Source: Yuukianura sp. NJ FZ-2021
Taxonomy: Eukaryota
Length of the DNA: 64,000 bases
Assembly: GCA_046563655.1 (NCBI GenBank)
Contig: CM102286.1
Span: forward strand, 5,394,001-5,458,000
Reading direction: 5' to 3'
Shown piece by piece: positions 40,309-52,185 of this stretch. Within the stretch, counting starts at the first letter, position 1. Every line of letters begins with the position of its first letter. Position numbers and translations under genes: made by a program. The notes under the pieces were generated by a model. That model saw nothing but the letters and a program-made list of their open reading frames with translations, did not search any database and was not told the DNA's origin.

Positions 40309-43300
40309 TTTTAATTTTCACTAACCTTTCCCCAAAAATTCATAATTTTTCAATTACTATTGATTAGTCAGCGGTGCCTTATTGGTCAATTTAGAATATA
40401 CTACAACTTGAATTAGTAAAAGTTCGAGACTTTTTGGTCGTTTCTAGTAGACCTTTCTATTGTTTCTAGTTTTGTATAAACTTTTTGTAAAGTTTATTTG
40501 TTTAACAGAAATTATCTTTAGAAACGGGAACTAAACTGTTTGAACTGCAAGAAAACTTTCTTCTGACTCTAGAAATGGACTGGAACAGGAAGAACCAGGA
40601 AAGAAATTGTCATAATCATCATCTGTCAATAGCAAATGGCTCGATGCATCTCTTGTTCCATGATCTCAATTCATTTCTCTGTCAGAAGCACCACAAAATC
40701 ATAGAGGGGCTGTATGATTTAATAAGTTCCAAAAATATTACAAATTGCACTTTCAGCTTTCCTCTGCTAAAAGAGAAAGGAATCACTTCAAAGGAAAATA
40801 AATTGTTTTCCAAGAGGTTTCAATTTGTCCACTTCTACGGTTCCAAACTTTTTGATGACGGCACAATGATGACACTGTCTTTTGAGGTAAAGGTGTAGCT
40901 TACTTGTAGTATGAGTCCGTTGTCACTATTAAGTCCACCACATGAAACAAGAACGGAAGGAACTGATGCGTGACACGATGTGGTTTCGTTTATATTGGCC
41001 CTTCGTTTTCACTTTGTTTGTTTCGAGCACCAGGGCGTCAATTGTTCAGTGTCCTCTTTAGGTGCTCAATGGGCCTCGGATCAATAATAAACCAAGTAGG
41101 CAGATAGTTCAAACCACTTAATATAATCATTTAGTAGGTTTTGGAAAAGTTGCTGTAGCTCGGCCCTTATGGAGCTGTGTTGTTTGCTGTATGGCCGTTT
41201 TTCACTAACTGAAAATATTAGGACGTTCCGTTGGTTTGAACAGAAAAGTGCTCAATGACCTGAGACTTTCTCTGCACTCCCAGTTTTATAGTCTATCATT
41301 TACTGTCCACTCCATTAGACTTTGGATCTGTATTTTTTAGCTCACAGGAGGAGTCGGAGTAATCGTGGCTTTTAACAATAAATTACAAGGAGTCCAGTGT
41401 ACACCAACTCCAGGGAGTTTCTAAAACGCTGTAACATGAAACACACGTTTAAAAAAACCTTCCCCCTTAACTGCTGTAGGAAGTGATAGTTATCTTTGGC
41501 AGAAAGAAGGAGGGCGATTCAATTGAATCAGGTTCGTGTTCAATGTTCAACTGTCCCCAACTACATAATCCAACGACTTCCAGAGTTCAAAGGGCTCACT
41601 TCAATTATATAAATAATAAAAATAACTGGGCGGGTAACTTTGTATATTTAGAAACGGGCGTTATAGCTGTTTTTGTACAGTGCTGCACGAGTAATAGTTG
41701 ATGATTGAAGAGGGGATAATGAATGATGATGAATGCTAATTACTGTATACTCAACTGATTAAGAGCTGGATGGAGCAGGGTGAATTTTGATGACGATGGT
41801 GACGACGACCACCCTCACTGGGAACACGGAAACTAGCCATTCAGTCCAATGGAAAAGGGGGAATCGCTTTTTGAAAATGTTTCTTTTTCAGTTTTTTAAA
41901 AGAAAGTTTTAAGTTGGGAGTTGTGAAGTCGAGTAGAGTGTGGCATGCTGGCTTGTTGGAGCTTAGGAGACACGCACAGACGGAGGACTTGATAGTAGTG
42001 GCCGGTGAAAGTGAAAACTTTTCTAAAGTAAAGTTGTTGACTGAGAGGAAGGTTTTGGTAATCCGGAACTTGTGGCGGTGGCGGTGTGACCTGGAGTGGG
42101 ACGTTGGTTTTCCAGAGTAAGTCCTTCGAGGGTTCCAGCTGCTTTTGAACTAGACGCTGGAAGGCGCTTGACTTGTCCTTTTCCACGGTGTTCACAGTGT
42201 TCCACGGTGGTTCGCGAGGCGGTACTTGGTTCCTGTTCGACCTTTCTCTGGCTGCTCTTCAAAAGAAGAGAACGCAAGCCCATTTCGGCCTTCCTTCACA
42301 TTCACTCTTGCTTTCTCCTGCTCTCCACTCCTTCCTTTTCAAATAAATATTTAAATGTTCCAGCGTGCCTTTATCAAATTATATTTTCAAGATTACAGAG
42401 GAGATGATGACAACAAACTACCAAACTTTTTTTTAGATGTATGTTGTTAGTAATATAGTTGACTTTTTAAGTTAAACCTAATATTTAACCGAATTCCCAA
42501 ATATTAGTTTCGTATCGAACAAATTTTACTTCAGTTTCACATGCACTAAATCAGTTTGTTTGAGTACCTTTTAAATCAACTGGCGGTTGATAATTTAAAC
42601 TAAGTTACTGGATTGGGTCAAAATTGTTAGTGTAATTTCTATTGTAATCTTTAGATTTCGTGTAGGTGCTGTATGTTAACGCCTGTTTTGAAATGTTTGA
42701 AATTTGGAAAGCTTTTAAATTCAGAATTTGTAAAATTTTGACGGTCACTGCATAAATTTCACCCATAAGTCTAACTGTCAATTTATTTTTCATCTATTTC
42801 AAAATATGTACAAACAATGGCGTCAATTTCCAAAAACTTAAATGTCCAAGTTAATCCCTTGAACAAAATTTTGAAAACTAAAAGTAATAAAAATGTTTTT
42901 TAAATGTAGCTGGACTAGCATATCCTATCCCGGAATGCGTAACTTACATTGTTTTCAATTCCACGGTTACAGTAACGCTGAATTTAATTTAAAAATTCAA
43001 CATTTGATTTTTGATATGCCGCCGGAGCAAGGCGAAAGGATCAATTTCCAAATAATTACTTTTGTGTCGACCAGAATTTGAATGGACGCTAATCAAGTGA
43101 GAACTAAGAACATGGAATACTGGAGGAGGGGAGCAGCCTGGAATTGGCACAGAATCCATGACACTTGGGATAATCGTTATTTACTTAATTTTGAAATAAG
43201 GGTAAAGTCAAGCGCACATTTATTGCTCAGGGGACTTCATAATGGAACAGCCTCTTATGAAGATGGAGTTCAATTTGATTTTGAATCTACACAAGGAGCG

Positions 43301-46009
43301 ACGAGATACTTTACCTAATGTTCCATCAACATTTATGGTTATAGGAAGTCGATATGGAAGTTAGGGAATGCGGAGCATACTAAACCTCGTACTCATTTTA
43401 CACTAACAACTGAACTCAACGGCACTTTAAATGGGCAAGTCAACACGACTTTACGCCTGTGCTTGACGCATGTCACTACCTAATTTTTGTACATACCGTT
43501 CAATTCATGTCACCAAATTTCGGGGTAGCAATTACACCCAAACCGCCCATTGTACTTTCTCCAAACAATGCTTGAGGTCAGTGACCTCAAAACTTTAAAA
43601 TTTAAATTTTTCCGTTGCTTGAACCTAAAAACACAGTAAACAACATCGGTGCCTAAAATATCGACGTTTACTAAAATGTTATTGCATCTGCATGTCCTAT
43701 GCCGAAATCTGCTCAAATAAAAGTTCACATCATTTTAGCTTTCAATTTGTTACCAGTTTGTAAAGTTAATGAAGATTTGCAAAATTTCAATTGAGCTACA
43801 CGAACCCGTAATGCTATGTTTATTTCAGCTTTGTGAACCGTGTAACGCCCATATTACCAAACCAGAAACCCATTTTTTCTACTTTCTTGTAATTTTTTTT
43901 AGTTAGGAGAGCCAGCCAAGATTTTACGGAAACTGCAATGCTGCATCCGTCTCACCATGATTCATCCAAACTTTCCTCAAAAAGCCATTCTTCATCCCAC
44001 AAAAATAATTTCAAGCTGTCGTGTTTTAGGAAAGAGAGAAAGCTACGTTTCTTAAAAAAATAGTGAAAAAGTGAAATAGGGAGAAAACAGAAGAAAGATA
44101 CTTTCTCCCATCCAATTTTCAGTTTCGGGCAAACAGCTCCAAAAAGATAGGAGAAGAAGGTTTCTTGCATCGTCTTCCTTTTTGGATTCAAAAGTAAAAG
44201 CACTAGAATTATTTTTTGCTTCCCGGAGAGCGACATAGAAAGTGCTGCACGCACAGCTTTATTAACGTTTTCCGTCCCACCTCTTTAACAATTTTCATAA
44301 AAAAAAACAACGAGAGCTGTCACTTTTTCAGGTAAGATAATGTTGTGAATTATTCATTTTCTAAACAAATTACTTACATTAGTATCGTAGTATAGCAAAT
44401 TATTAAAACAACAATGTTTATTTTTTGCTTTTTACACACAAAATTTTCGAAAAAATGTTGTATTAACTTAACATCAATGAATGATTCGATTCTAATACTT
44501 CTTGAAGGCCATGCGGGTTGGTTATCAATGTCGATATTTGTTTAACCTAACTCCTTTTTGCATCTTTTGAACATAAAAAGCATCCCGCTTTGAAAATCAG
44601 GGCAAAAATGGGACAGGCGGTGAAAGTAGTGGTTCGTTTGATGTCAACTTTGCCCGTGACTTTTGGTTTTTTATCAAAAGAAAGTGATTCCCACAGTAGT
44701 TTGTTTAGATTCGATTGGATATCTTTCACTTTGTTGTTGTAAAGAAAGTGGATGGTGACGGGGCTGGAACTTTACCAAGTGTCAAGGACTTTGTCGTCGC
44801 TGGAGAACTTTCTCCCTTAATTTCAATACCGTCACGCCTCTTCTGTCGCCTCACACTTTCTAGTGACACTCCCGTCGTAAGTAGTGGTGTAGTTATTTGT
44901 TGAAAGTCCACGCCTATTCCATGCTCCTCTGCCTGGCAATGTATTGAATGGGAACATGTATTAGTAGTACCTGTGGCGTATTATCAAAAATATAGTCACA
45001 TTCCCATGCCATTATGATGATGAGTTTTTTTCACCTGACAGGCTCATGGATCTTGTGGAGAAAAATAGCGAGGCTGAAGTGAAAGCAAACTTTCACTCTG
45101 ATAAGCTCCAGCTGACACTTCTCTCTTGATTACATTTTCCCCAAACTTTCATTTCCACTACAAAAAAATGTTTTCAAGTCGGGATATGGAAAATAACACT
45201 TTCTATGAGAGCTTTAATTCGCACTTTAATAAGTAACCGTGGATTAGTCAACAACTAGTAGTCGCTGAGCATAAATGATGAAATGTCGAGGCGTGCTTCA
45301 GCGAAAAAAGCGTCTTCAACTTGTTACTTCTTCAAAAGTGCAGCGTGGCGTTAATTGAATTTCCCCAACTAATCAAAATGTCCAAGTTCACATGAAGCGT
45401 AAACTAATCGTAAGTGTCGCTATCGATCATATAGCACCAAACTGGTGCAATTCTACCTCGTGACGTCGGGCTGTCGTTCAATCGATCCGATTTTTCAAAC
45501 CTTGAAATTAAAAAGAACCGAAAAATAATCATAAAAATAAAATGAAAGTGTGGCGAGAAAAAGTAGATTAGGAAATCTTATTCAGAATCCACAGCTTGTT
45601 AAGTTTCTGAAGTGGAGTGAAAAGAAGTTTAGCGCAGATTTCCTTGGGAGCTTTCGAATTGCAAAAGTGACCCGCAAACAAAAGTAGAAACGCGAAGTGG
45701 AAGTGGAAGAATAAATCACGCAAACCTTTCCAGAGAAAGCTTTCAGCTTGGGCAGTGATTGATTTTGATTATGCTGTCATTCAGTCAAGTAGGATTACGT
45801 TTTTATTTCAGTGAAAGAAATGTAATTATTATGTTGGCGCGAGATTAATTTTATCTTGAGTAGGTTAAAAAAAAATTAGCACGAGACGCTAAAATGGCTT
45901 TCTCGCTTTAAGACTTACTTACGTTGAGTAAACTTAAGACTTTAGTTATCACATTATTCGCAGTTTTGCGAGCTTCGACCTTTACAATCCGCCTGTACAC
46001 TAGCATGAA

Positions 46010-46531
46010 TTACTTCTTAGCAGATGACGACGCCGCAGCACCGATTGCTGAAGGCAACACTCGAAAAGCCTTTCCATCCAAACTTGCTCTTTCCTTGGCA
46101 GTATTTTCATTCGCTTCGTTGATACTTTTAGTGATTTCAGCCCGAAGTGCGTTCGCCTTCGCATCATGCTTCGGTAGAGCTGGGCGATCTGTATCAAACG
46201 AAAGAAGAGATGAAGTAAGGTAAACGCGATTATAATTGCCTAACCTGGGGGGGAGTGGGTCTAAAATTTTGGTCCCTTTAACGTGAACGACCTGCCCGAT
46301 ACCGTGTAAGATTGGGCCATCATATAATGACCTTTAGAACGAAAAGGAAAACATTGTGGGCTCTTAATGGGTGTATATTTTGCGCATCTTTAATATTACC
46401 CCGTCTCGGGTGACCCGAGTCGAGTCCTTACTTTTCTTTTGAGCAGTACCAGACTTCTTCTTCTTGCTGATGTCCTTCTTGACCTGATTGAGCGGCTTGC
46501 TAGTTTTGACCTTCATTTTCCCTTGTGGCAT
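46010..46531 (-). CDS. Small basic UPF0390 / DUF2462 (C19orf53, Leydig cell tumor 10 kDa protein-like) protein, 92 aa, 2 coding exons
   Basis: Exons 46432-46531 and 46010-46188 (phase 1). Translates MPQGKMKVKTSKPLNQVKKDISKKKKSGTAQKKNRPALPKHDAKANALRAEITKSINEANENTAKERAS...AKK*. The MPQGK.KVKT start and 'ITK.IN...E.....RA' helix match my recollection of the family. A 5'UTR intron is likely at ~46562-46630, and AATAAA lies at 45802-45807 (-). Confidence 0.8.
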
Positions 46532-46639
46532 GTTGAATGGAGGTTTGAGTCAGCCAACAATCTGTTGTAATAAAAGCAGCCTTTAGTGTGAACATACCAC
46601 AATAACGAATTTATGTAAAACTTTACTTACCGATTACAA

Positions 46640-46860
46640 AATGTTTAGCGAAGAGAATGATCGAAGATCGAATAAAGAGATCAGTCTTTTAGATGAATTC
46701 ACCGTGAATTTAAGATTGGCTAGACTCAATAACTAACCTCGATTTTAGCAACGCTGTTATAAAATAAACGTGTTGACGGCAACGATTAAACTTTTATCAG
46801 GGAATAGTCGAATTAGAAAATTAAAGTGAAACGGAAACCCATGTGTTTCATGATCTTCAC
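46640..46860. promoter_or_regulatory. Probable divergent promoter region between the UPF0390-like gene (-) and the methyltransferase/lines unit (+)
   Basis: Inferred from the head-to-head arrangement and splice-site polarity switching across this interval. No core motif firmly identified. Confidence 0.35.
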
Positions 46861-48586
46861 GGCACACAATCTTGCCGTCGCGCTGCTGCTGGTCCTGGTG
46901 TTGGTGTAATTCGGAATTTGCAATGCCTGGGGTCCATAAACTCAGCCGTTCTCAATGGCAATATTCCAAAAGTTCCTCCGAAACCATTTTCAATTGCACT
47001 AAACTGAATCTGTTAATCTCACCGTACGTAGTCACAGCTCAGCCCCAACCAACTTAGGTAACCTAAATAATATTTGCTCAGTGATGACATAATTAATACA
47101 CGTTAGTTATTTCACGCCTAAATTTAGTAAATTTTGATCTATTCATTTAATTATACTCCTTCGTCGGGTCCTTAGCCCACGAAGAGAAAGTTGGAGTAGT
47201 GTAGTGTCACGCCTAAATGAATCGGAATGCAAGACTATGATAATTTAACGTGAATGTGTTAAAATTATAAAGAGTATTTGAATTGTTGCAATTGAAATTT
47301 GTAATACTGTTTACTAGTCAGGATAACGTAACTAAAAAGTCGGATTAGCTAAATTTAATTTATGGTGGCGAGTGGTGGTTTAATTTATGGTGGTAAACTT
47401 TGCGTCAAAAATCTCGGAATTGCAATTTGGAATTACAGCGATTTGCATTTTACTACAATATGGCAATATGAGAGTGAGAATGCGAAGGGTGTTCTGTTCA
47501 TCTTCATCATGAGATGAGATGAGAGGCCCAACAAGAAAGAATTCGGAGTTTTTTTTTATGTGAATGTCGAACGAATGTGTAAAAGAACAGAACATTGAAG
47601 ATTGAAGCGGAGTCCCTTCAAAGAAGAGTTGTTGACCTTGATCATTTCAAAAGGGCACCACCACAAGAGAAACCCAGAAAAGGTAAATTCCCATAAGCTA
47701 AAGCTATCAAAGATAGATATGCCAAAATAAATATTCTCGTGTCTATCATTTTTTGTGCTTCAGCAGGCCCTCTGCCCCGTTGTTCCGCTGCTGCACAGAA
47801 AGTCGGTGATACAGCAGCTTTTCTCGGCTGAAGCTCAACAGGAACCCTGCCCTTTTCTTCGGCTTCGGCATCTTATCCGTTTTGTTGCTACAAGTCGAAG
47901 CTGGACTTCGTCTGGTCTTTTGGCAGCTACGCAGTGCTTGGCAGGGGTCTTCATCTGGGAGCTAGGATGTAAGCAATGAATGAACAATGATCTTGAGTTT
48001 GGGCAAGCACACGCTGAGTCTAATCATTTCCCTGCCTTTCCTTTGGTATGCTACGTTACAGTATGACGGACTGACTGGATGTAAGTGTTCATTGGTTCAG
48101 GGCCCTACAGTTGTAGTAGTCGTGTGCCCACGATCTCAAGTTGAACAAAGCGAGTTTCCGAGAATCTTTCGCCTTTCTTCAAGGGCCCTCCTTACACCGC
48201 TTATGCTAAGCACTCGCCTCGAGCTCTGTCAGTTCTAAGCTCATGCCGCACGGCATAGGCACCCAACGGAGGCCCTTTACGAACTTTCTGCCCTTTTTTA
48301 GCCTTTAGCTAATCCGGGCTCGTCCTTCACCGTCCCTTCATAAAGCTCGAAAGTCATTCCCGTACTGTTCATCTTGATCGTACTTGGTGAAGCCGTGCAT
48401 TTTCCAACTACCCAGCCTCTTCTTTGAAACGTTTGTGGTGTTGCGGTGTTTTATGGATGCTAGTTGAGTGAACTGTTGTTTTGTTTGTTTCCAATTCTGC
48501 GTGTGACTATTTCATTCTTCTTACAGGAACTGAATAATTTCTCGAATAATGTTGTATAACTCCATCCTCTACTCTTGTGCTTTGTA

Positions 48587-49900
48587 ATGAGACTGTTTGG
48601 ATACGAACCTTCCACAAAACAAGTACTTCTCTTCCTTGTGCCGACGGCATCGATTGGTAAGGACTTAAAGGCAGAAGTATCCAATCATTGTATCTTATAA
48701 TACTTGACAAGAAATAAATGTTTTATATAGGAATAGCGTTTGCCGGACGCTTATTATACGGAAAGCTACGTTCAGTTTTGGACTACGAAATTAGCGGCAC
48801 GGAAGACTTGGAGCTACCTACAGCACTTGAAAACGAATATGGAGATTTTCGTGCTAGATGTCGTGAGGCTGACGCTGAAGCGTCGGAGTACTTGAGTTCT
48901 CTTCCGGAAGAATTTTTCCAGTTCAACAGTAATCTAACAAATCTTGTTCTGACGAGTTCAAAAAATCAAGTAAGCATATCAAATCGTTTAATTTTTTGTG
49001 TTGACATGCGTTGTAAACCAATTTGTACCATTTTAATTCAGCCCAAATTTCGACGAGCCTTAGTCATCGGGAGCTCCACTTCTGGCTTCGCGTTTGAATT
49101 ATCGAAACATTTTGCTGAAGTTAAAGGAATCGAAAGCTCTTTCACAAAGGTTGTCACGTCTTACCAGTTTCAAAACGCAAGAAATATTTCGTACTTTTTT
49201 CCATTGGAAGGAAATCATTTTACAAAACGGGTCACCCTCAACAACAAGGATATTTTTCAAAAGTTCAAAAATCAGCTCAAGGTGAGTCAGTATTTTTTAA
49301 AAGCTACTCGCATCTCGTTTATTTTCTCGTAGAACATAAGTTTGTTCTTGTCCTTCCGTTTATAGAATGTCCAGCCATTAGGAAATGTGCAAATTGTTAA
49401 TGCCGATCCTGACGCACGATTCTCAATCAAGATAGGCGTTTTTCACGCAATTGTTCTGTTTTCGTTGAATACTCTGAACAATCCCGAAGAATTGCTTTCA
49501 GCGTTACATCACTTCGTCGAACAAGATTGTTTTCTTTTCATAGTCTCTGACTATAACTGGTCACGATTTACAAATAGGGTAATTAATCAATATTGAAGAA
49601 GTGTATATGCGACTCGTTCTTTTCCATCTTCCGAATCCGAATCGTACATAACTAATTTTGTTTCCTGTTTGTCAGCAGCATCTTGGATTTCCATACCCGG
49701 ATGTCACAACTACATTCGACTTCCTGAAATTGATACTGCAGAAGAATTTTAGTCTGGAAAGTGCGGTATATATGCCAGGCATCACCCCTGTATCTCTTCG
49801 GTCCTGCACTATTCATAACTACCACGTCACTACATGGCGCCGATTAGGAACTACTGTTGATCCAGATGCCAATGACACATGTGACGCTGATTTCGACTGA
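48587..49900 (+). CDS. Divergent class I SAM-dependent methyltransferase-like protein resembling the OvoA C-terminal (mercaptohistidine N-methyltransferase) domain, with an N-terminal hydrophobic anchor; ~328 aa, 5 exons
   Basis: Exons 48587-48656, 48731-48969, 49042-49281, 49366-49578, 49676-49900, all GT-AG and frame-consistent. Motifs RRALVIGSSTSGFAFELSKHFAEVKGIESS, SYFFPLEG, LNTLNNPEELL, FIVSDYNW, TTFDFLKLIL and HVTTWRR parallel the remembered OvoA C-terminal pattern RALDLGCAVGR.SFELA..F.EV.GID.S / Y...EG / LIDRL..P..FL / I.SPYTW / TT...LK.IL / T.WRR. Confidence 0.75.
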
Positions 49901-49973
49901 ACCAATCATCGCAACTGTATGATACTTGTGTGGAAGGGTGAGAAGTTACTGGCCAATATTTTTGAACTTTAAA

Positions 49974-52043
49974 ATGGAAGGTCCAATGGTGAAAAGACCG
50001 AAGTTGATTCCAGAATCAGCATTCAATAGTTCTGATTGGTTGAAGTGGTACGATAACCTGGAAAAACTGCAAGCAAAACTGTTAACTGGTTGCCTATGCC
50101 AGCTACACACAATTGAGTTACACAGACCAATCTTTGCCTCCTTACTCGAATCCAATGAAGCAACTTCAAACGTCGACTTTCCGTCAAAGTATACCCTCCA
50201 ATTCGTCAGTACTTTAAAAATTCTTTGTGAACTTGGTGTTAGCCAACGTGGTATTGGCTTTATTTGTCCCAAAGTTTGTGAAACTGTTACAACTGTATCC
50301 AGAGACGAAGGAATCTGGGAAACATTGCTACAGCTTCTTGGATCATCTGACAAATTCATTTCCTACGTTGGATCAAAGTGCCTCACCTCTCTCCTACTTT
50401 GGACTAAAGTCCCCAGTATCAGTCATGTTTTTGAGGAGCTGCTGCATTCAATAGTTACCGAAACTAGAAATCCACTTCAGATCGCTCACAGTCTGGAAGT
50501 GTTTCGTGGGATAATTGATCACGCTGATGAAGATGAACATCCATTGCAGCTACTTGGAAGTGGAGCGTACGGGAAAAGTAATCCGAAGCCCCAATGTGTG
50601 AAGATAGAAATTGACGAGTCGGAATCCGACATTGAAGTAAAAGACGTTTGTATCACTGCCCTAGAATCATGGTGGACACGGTTGATTACAAAATTCAAGC
50701 ACATGCTATCAAATTACCAAGAAGATTATGAACATTGTATTACAACCTTCCTATCTCTCTGGCAGAGCATTGTTTCTGTCAAGTCCAACCTTAACGTCGT
50801 CGACACGAAGCATTTCTACTTACAAGTTGACTCGTTTGTGTCTCATCTAAACTCGGCTCTACCTTCCACGTTATGGAAGAAACTAATTGACGTTTTCAAT
50901 GAGATTTTGTGTTACGGAAGCACTCTCTCACTCCAAGACTCCCTTCCCGAAGAACCTTGTGACCTTGCTCACCTAATTCTTCGGCATGTCAAAAGTCGGC
51001 ATTTTCTCCAAGGAATACCATATTCCCGCTCATTTACATCTTTTGGCGGAACTTCATGGACAAAACCTACCGACTCGGCGTGGGAGAGTGATTCAATTTC
51101 AGAAGGGAGTTTTGCAAGTCAACGCCAATCACATGATTCGGTCCAGTCCATAGCATCAACATCGCCAAGGTCAACATTGCGGGCACAGTCATCCGGTGCC
51201 AAAAGCTTGCCAACCACATCCTCCGCAAATACAAGTACAGAAATTGCGTCAGCATCGGCACCACTATCTGTAACTATTCAAATTGGGATGACTCCGTTTA
51301 TTGTGCATGAGGAATTAGAGCCATTGGATGGTGGAGATCGACCTCTACTTCAGAAAGTTGTACTTTTGATACTGAAGTGTGTTGCAGTAACAGTTAGAGA
51401 AACGAAGGAAGAAGGAGATAGCAGTGACGAGGAAGAGCCAGAAGATGAAGAAGATGCTGGCGGAGGTCAAAGGTCAAGTGGGGACTCTGATTTCAACGAC
51501 ATGGTTATCATTGAGAAGTCCGTTCGTGAGGTTTTTAGCTGTTTGGATTCATATGTCAAATCAATCCTTCCATATCATCCTGCCATGCCTCTCTGCCAGT
51601 GGATTGTGAAATTATTTGAAGATCAAGATGACGTTCTCGTAGAAGGGATGTTGTGTGCCCTGGACAGTTTCACTGCATTCATTGGTAGGATTGACATTAC
51701 GACTGATTTTTATCAGCAGTTCAATCCCGTGTCAACGTTCATGGCCTTTGCAGACACAATATCCGAAGACAAGTCCGTGCTGATGGATTTGTTGATGGGA
51801 AACGAAACCAATTTCCTACTCTACCTCCTTAGGTTACTCAAGTATGTCACAAAGAATTGGGAGAAATTTACCAGTACTTGCGGAAGAGATGTAGGGAAAA
51901 TTGTAGGACTTTTTATTAGACTAAAAATAGCGCTGGTAAACAGTCCTCATTTTCCGTATAACATTGATCCGATTATACGTTTGCTAGAACGGTGTGAAAG
52001 CAGTTACGAGTCCTCCAGTAGTAGTGTTGCTATCATTTCTTAA
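49974..52043 (+). CDS. lin: Protein lines (LINS1 homolog), intronless, 689 aa from the first ATG
   Basis: Long single-exon ORF. The true start is probably AAAATG at 49974 (MEGPMVKRPK), not the TTG at 49926. Lines-family motifs: ILCYGSTLSLQD.L.EEPC.LAH, DR.LLQKVVLLILK.VAV, LF.DQDD.LVE.MLC.LD, DLLMGNETNFLLYLLRLLKY, FPYNI.P..RLLE.CE. Confidence 0.93.
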   Translation: MEGPMVKRPKLIPESAFNSSDWLKWYDNLEKLQAKLLTGCLCQLHTIELHRPIFASLLESNEATSNVDFPSKYTLQFVSTLKILCELGVSQRGIGFICPKVCETVTTVSRDEGIWETLLQLLGSSDKFISYVGSKCLTSLLLWTKVPSISHVFEELLHSIVTETRNPLQIAHSLEVFRGIIDHADEDEHPLQLLGSGAYGKSNPKPQCVKIEIDESESDIEVKDVCITALESWWTRLITKFKHMLSNYQEDYEHCITTFLSLWQSIVSVKSNLNVVDTKHFYLQVDSFVSHLNSALPSTLWKKLIDVFNEILCYGSTLSLQDSLPEEPCDLAHLILRHVKSRHFLQGIPYSRSFTSFGGTSWTKPTDSAWESDSISEGSFASQRQSHDSVQSIASTSPRSTLRAQSSGAKSLPTTSSANTSTEIASASAPLSVTIQIGMTPFIVHEELEPLDGGDRPLLQKVVLLILKCVAVTVRETKEEGDSSDEEEPEDEEDAGGGQRSSGDSDFNDMVIIEKSVREVFSCLDSYVKSILPYHPAMPLCQWIVKLFEDQDDVLVEGMLCALDSFTAFIGRIDITTDFYQQFNPVSTFMAFADTISEDKSVLMDLLMGNETNFLLYLLRLLKYVTKNWEKFTSTCGRDVGKIVGLFIRLKIALVNSPHFPYNIDPIIRLLERCESSYESSSSSVAIIS

Positions 52044-52185
52044 GGACCCTACTTACGATTAGTTAACTACAGCAGTGAATCCAAATTATTTGTTATAATT
52101 TATTCATCTTCCACGCCAAAATAGCAAAAATGCATGAAGTTTTTGCGAACTATAAGGTTGTGCAATTTTTGGTAACAGCTAAGTA

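Noticed and set aside
100..44000. Many 60-138 aa ORFs in the Sidestep introns (e.g. 1455-1871, 9028-9375, 14235-14597, 31097-31593, 39706-40056, 43082-43318)
   Set aside because: Mostly F/L/K/S-rich low-complexity translations expected from AT-rich DNA, many with non-ATG starts. No recognisable domain, transposase or consistent splice chain.
47468..47965. Plus-strand spliced frame whose first six stops are all TGA (including C-TGA-P-TGA), suggesting a multi-Sec selenoprotein
   Set aside because: No similarity to any selenoprotein family I recognise. Nearby hairpins (~47987-48027, ~48063-48105) lack the SECIS UGAN/NGAN quartet. Finding such a run after scanning many frames is plausibly chance.
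49926..49973. ORF-track extension of lines from a TTG start (705 aa)
   Set aside because: Artifact of allowing bacterial start codons. The first ATG in good context is at 49974.
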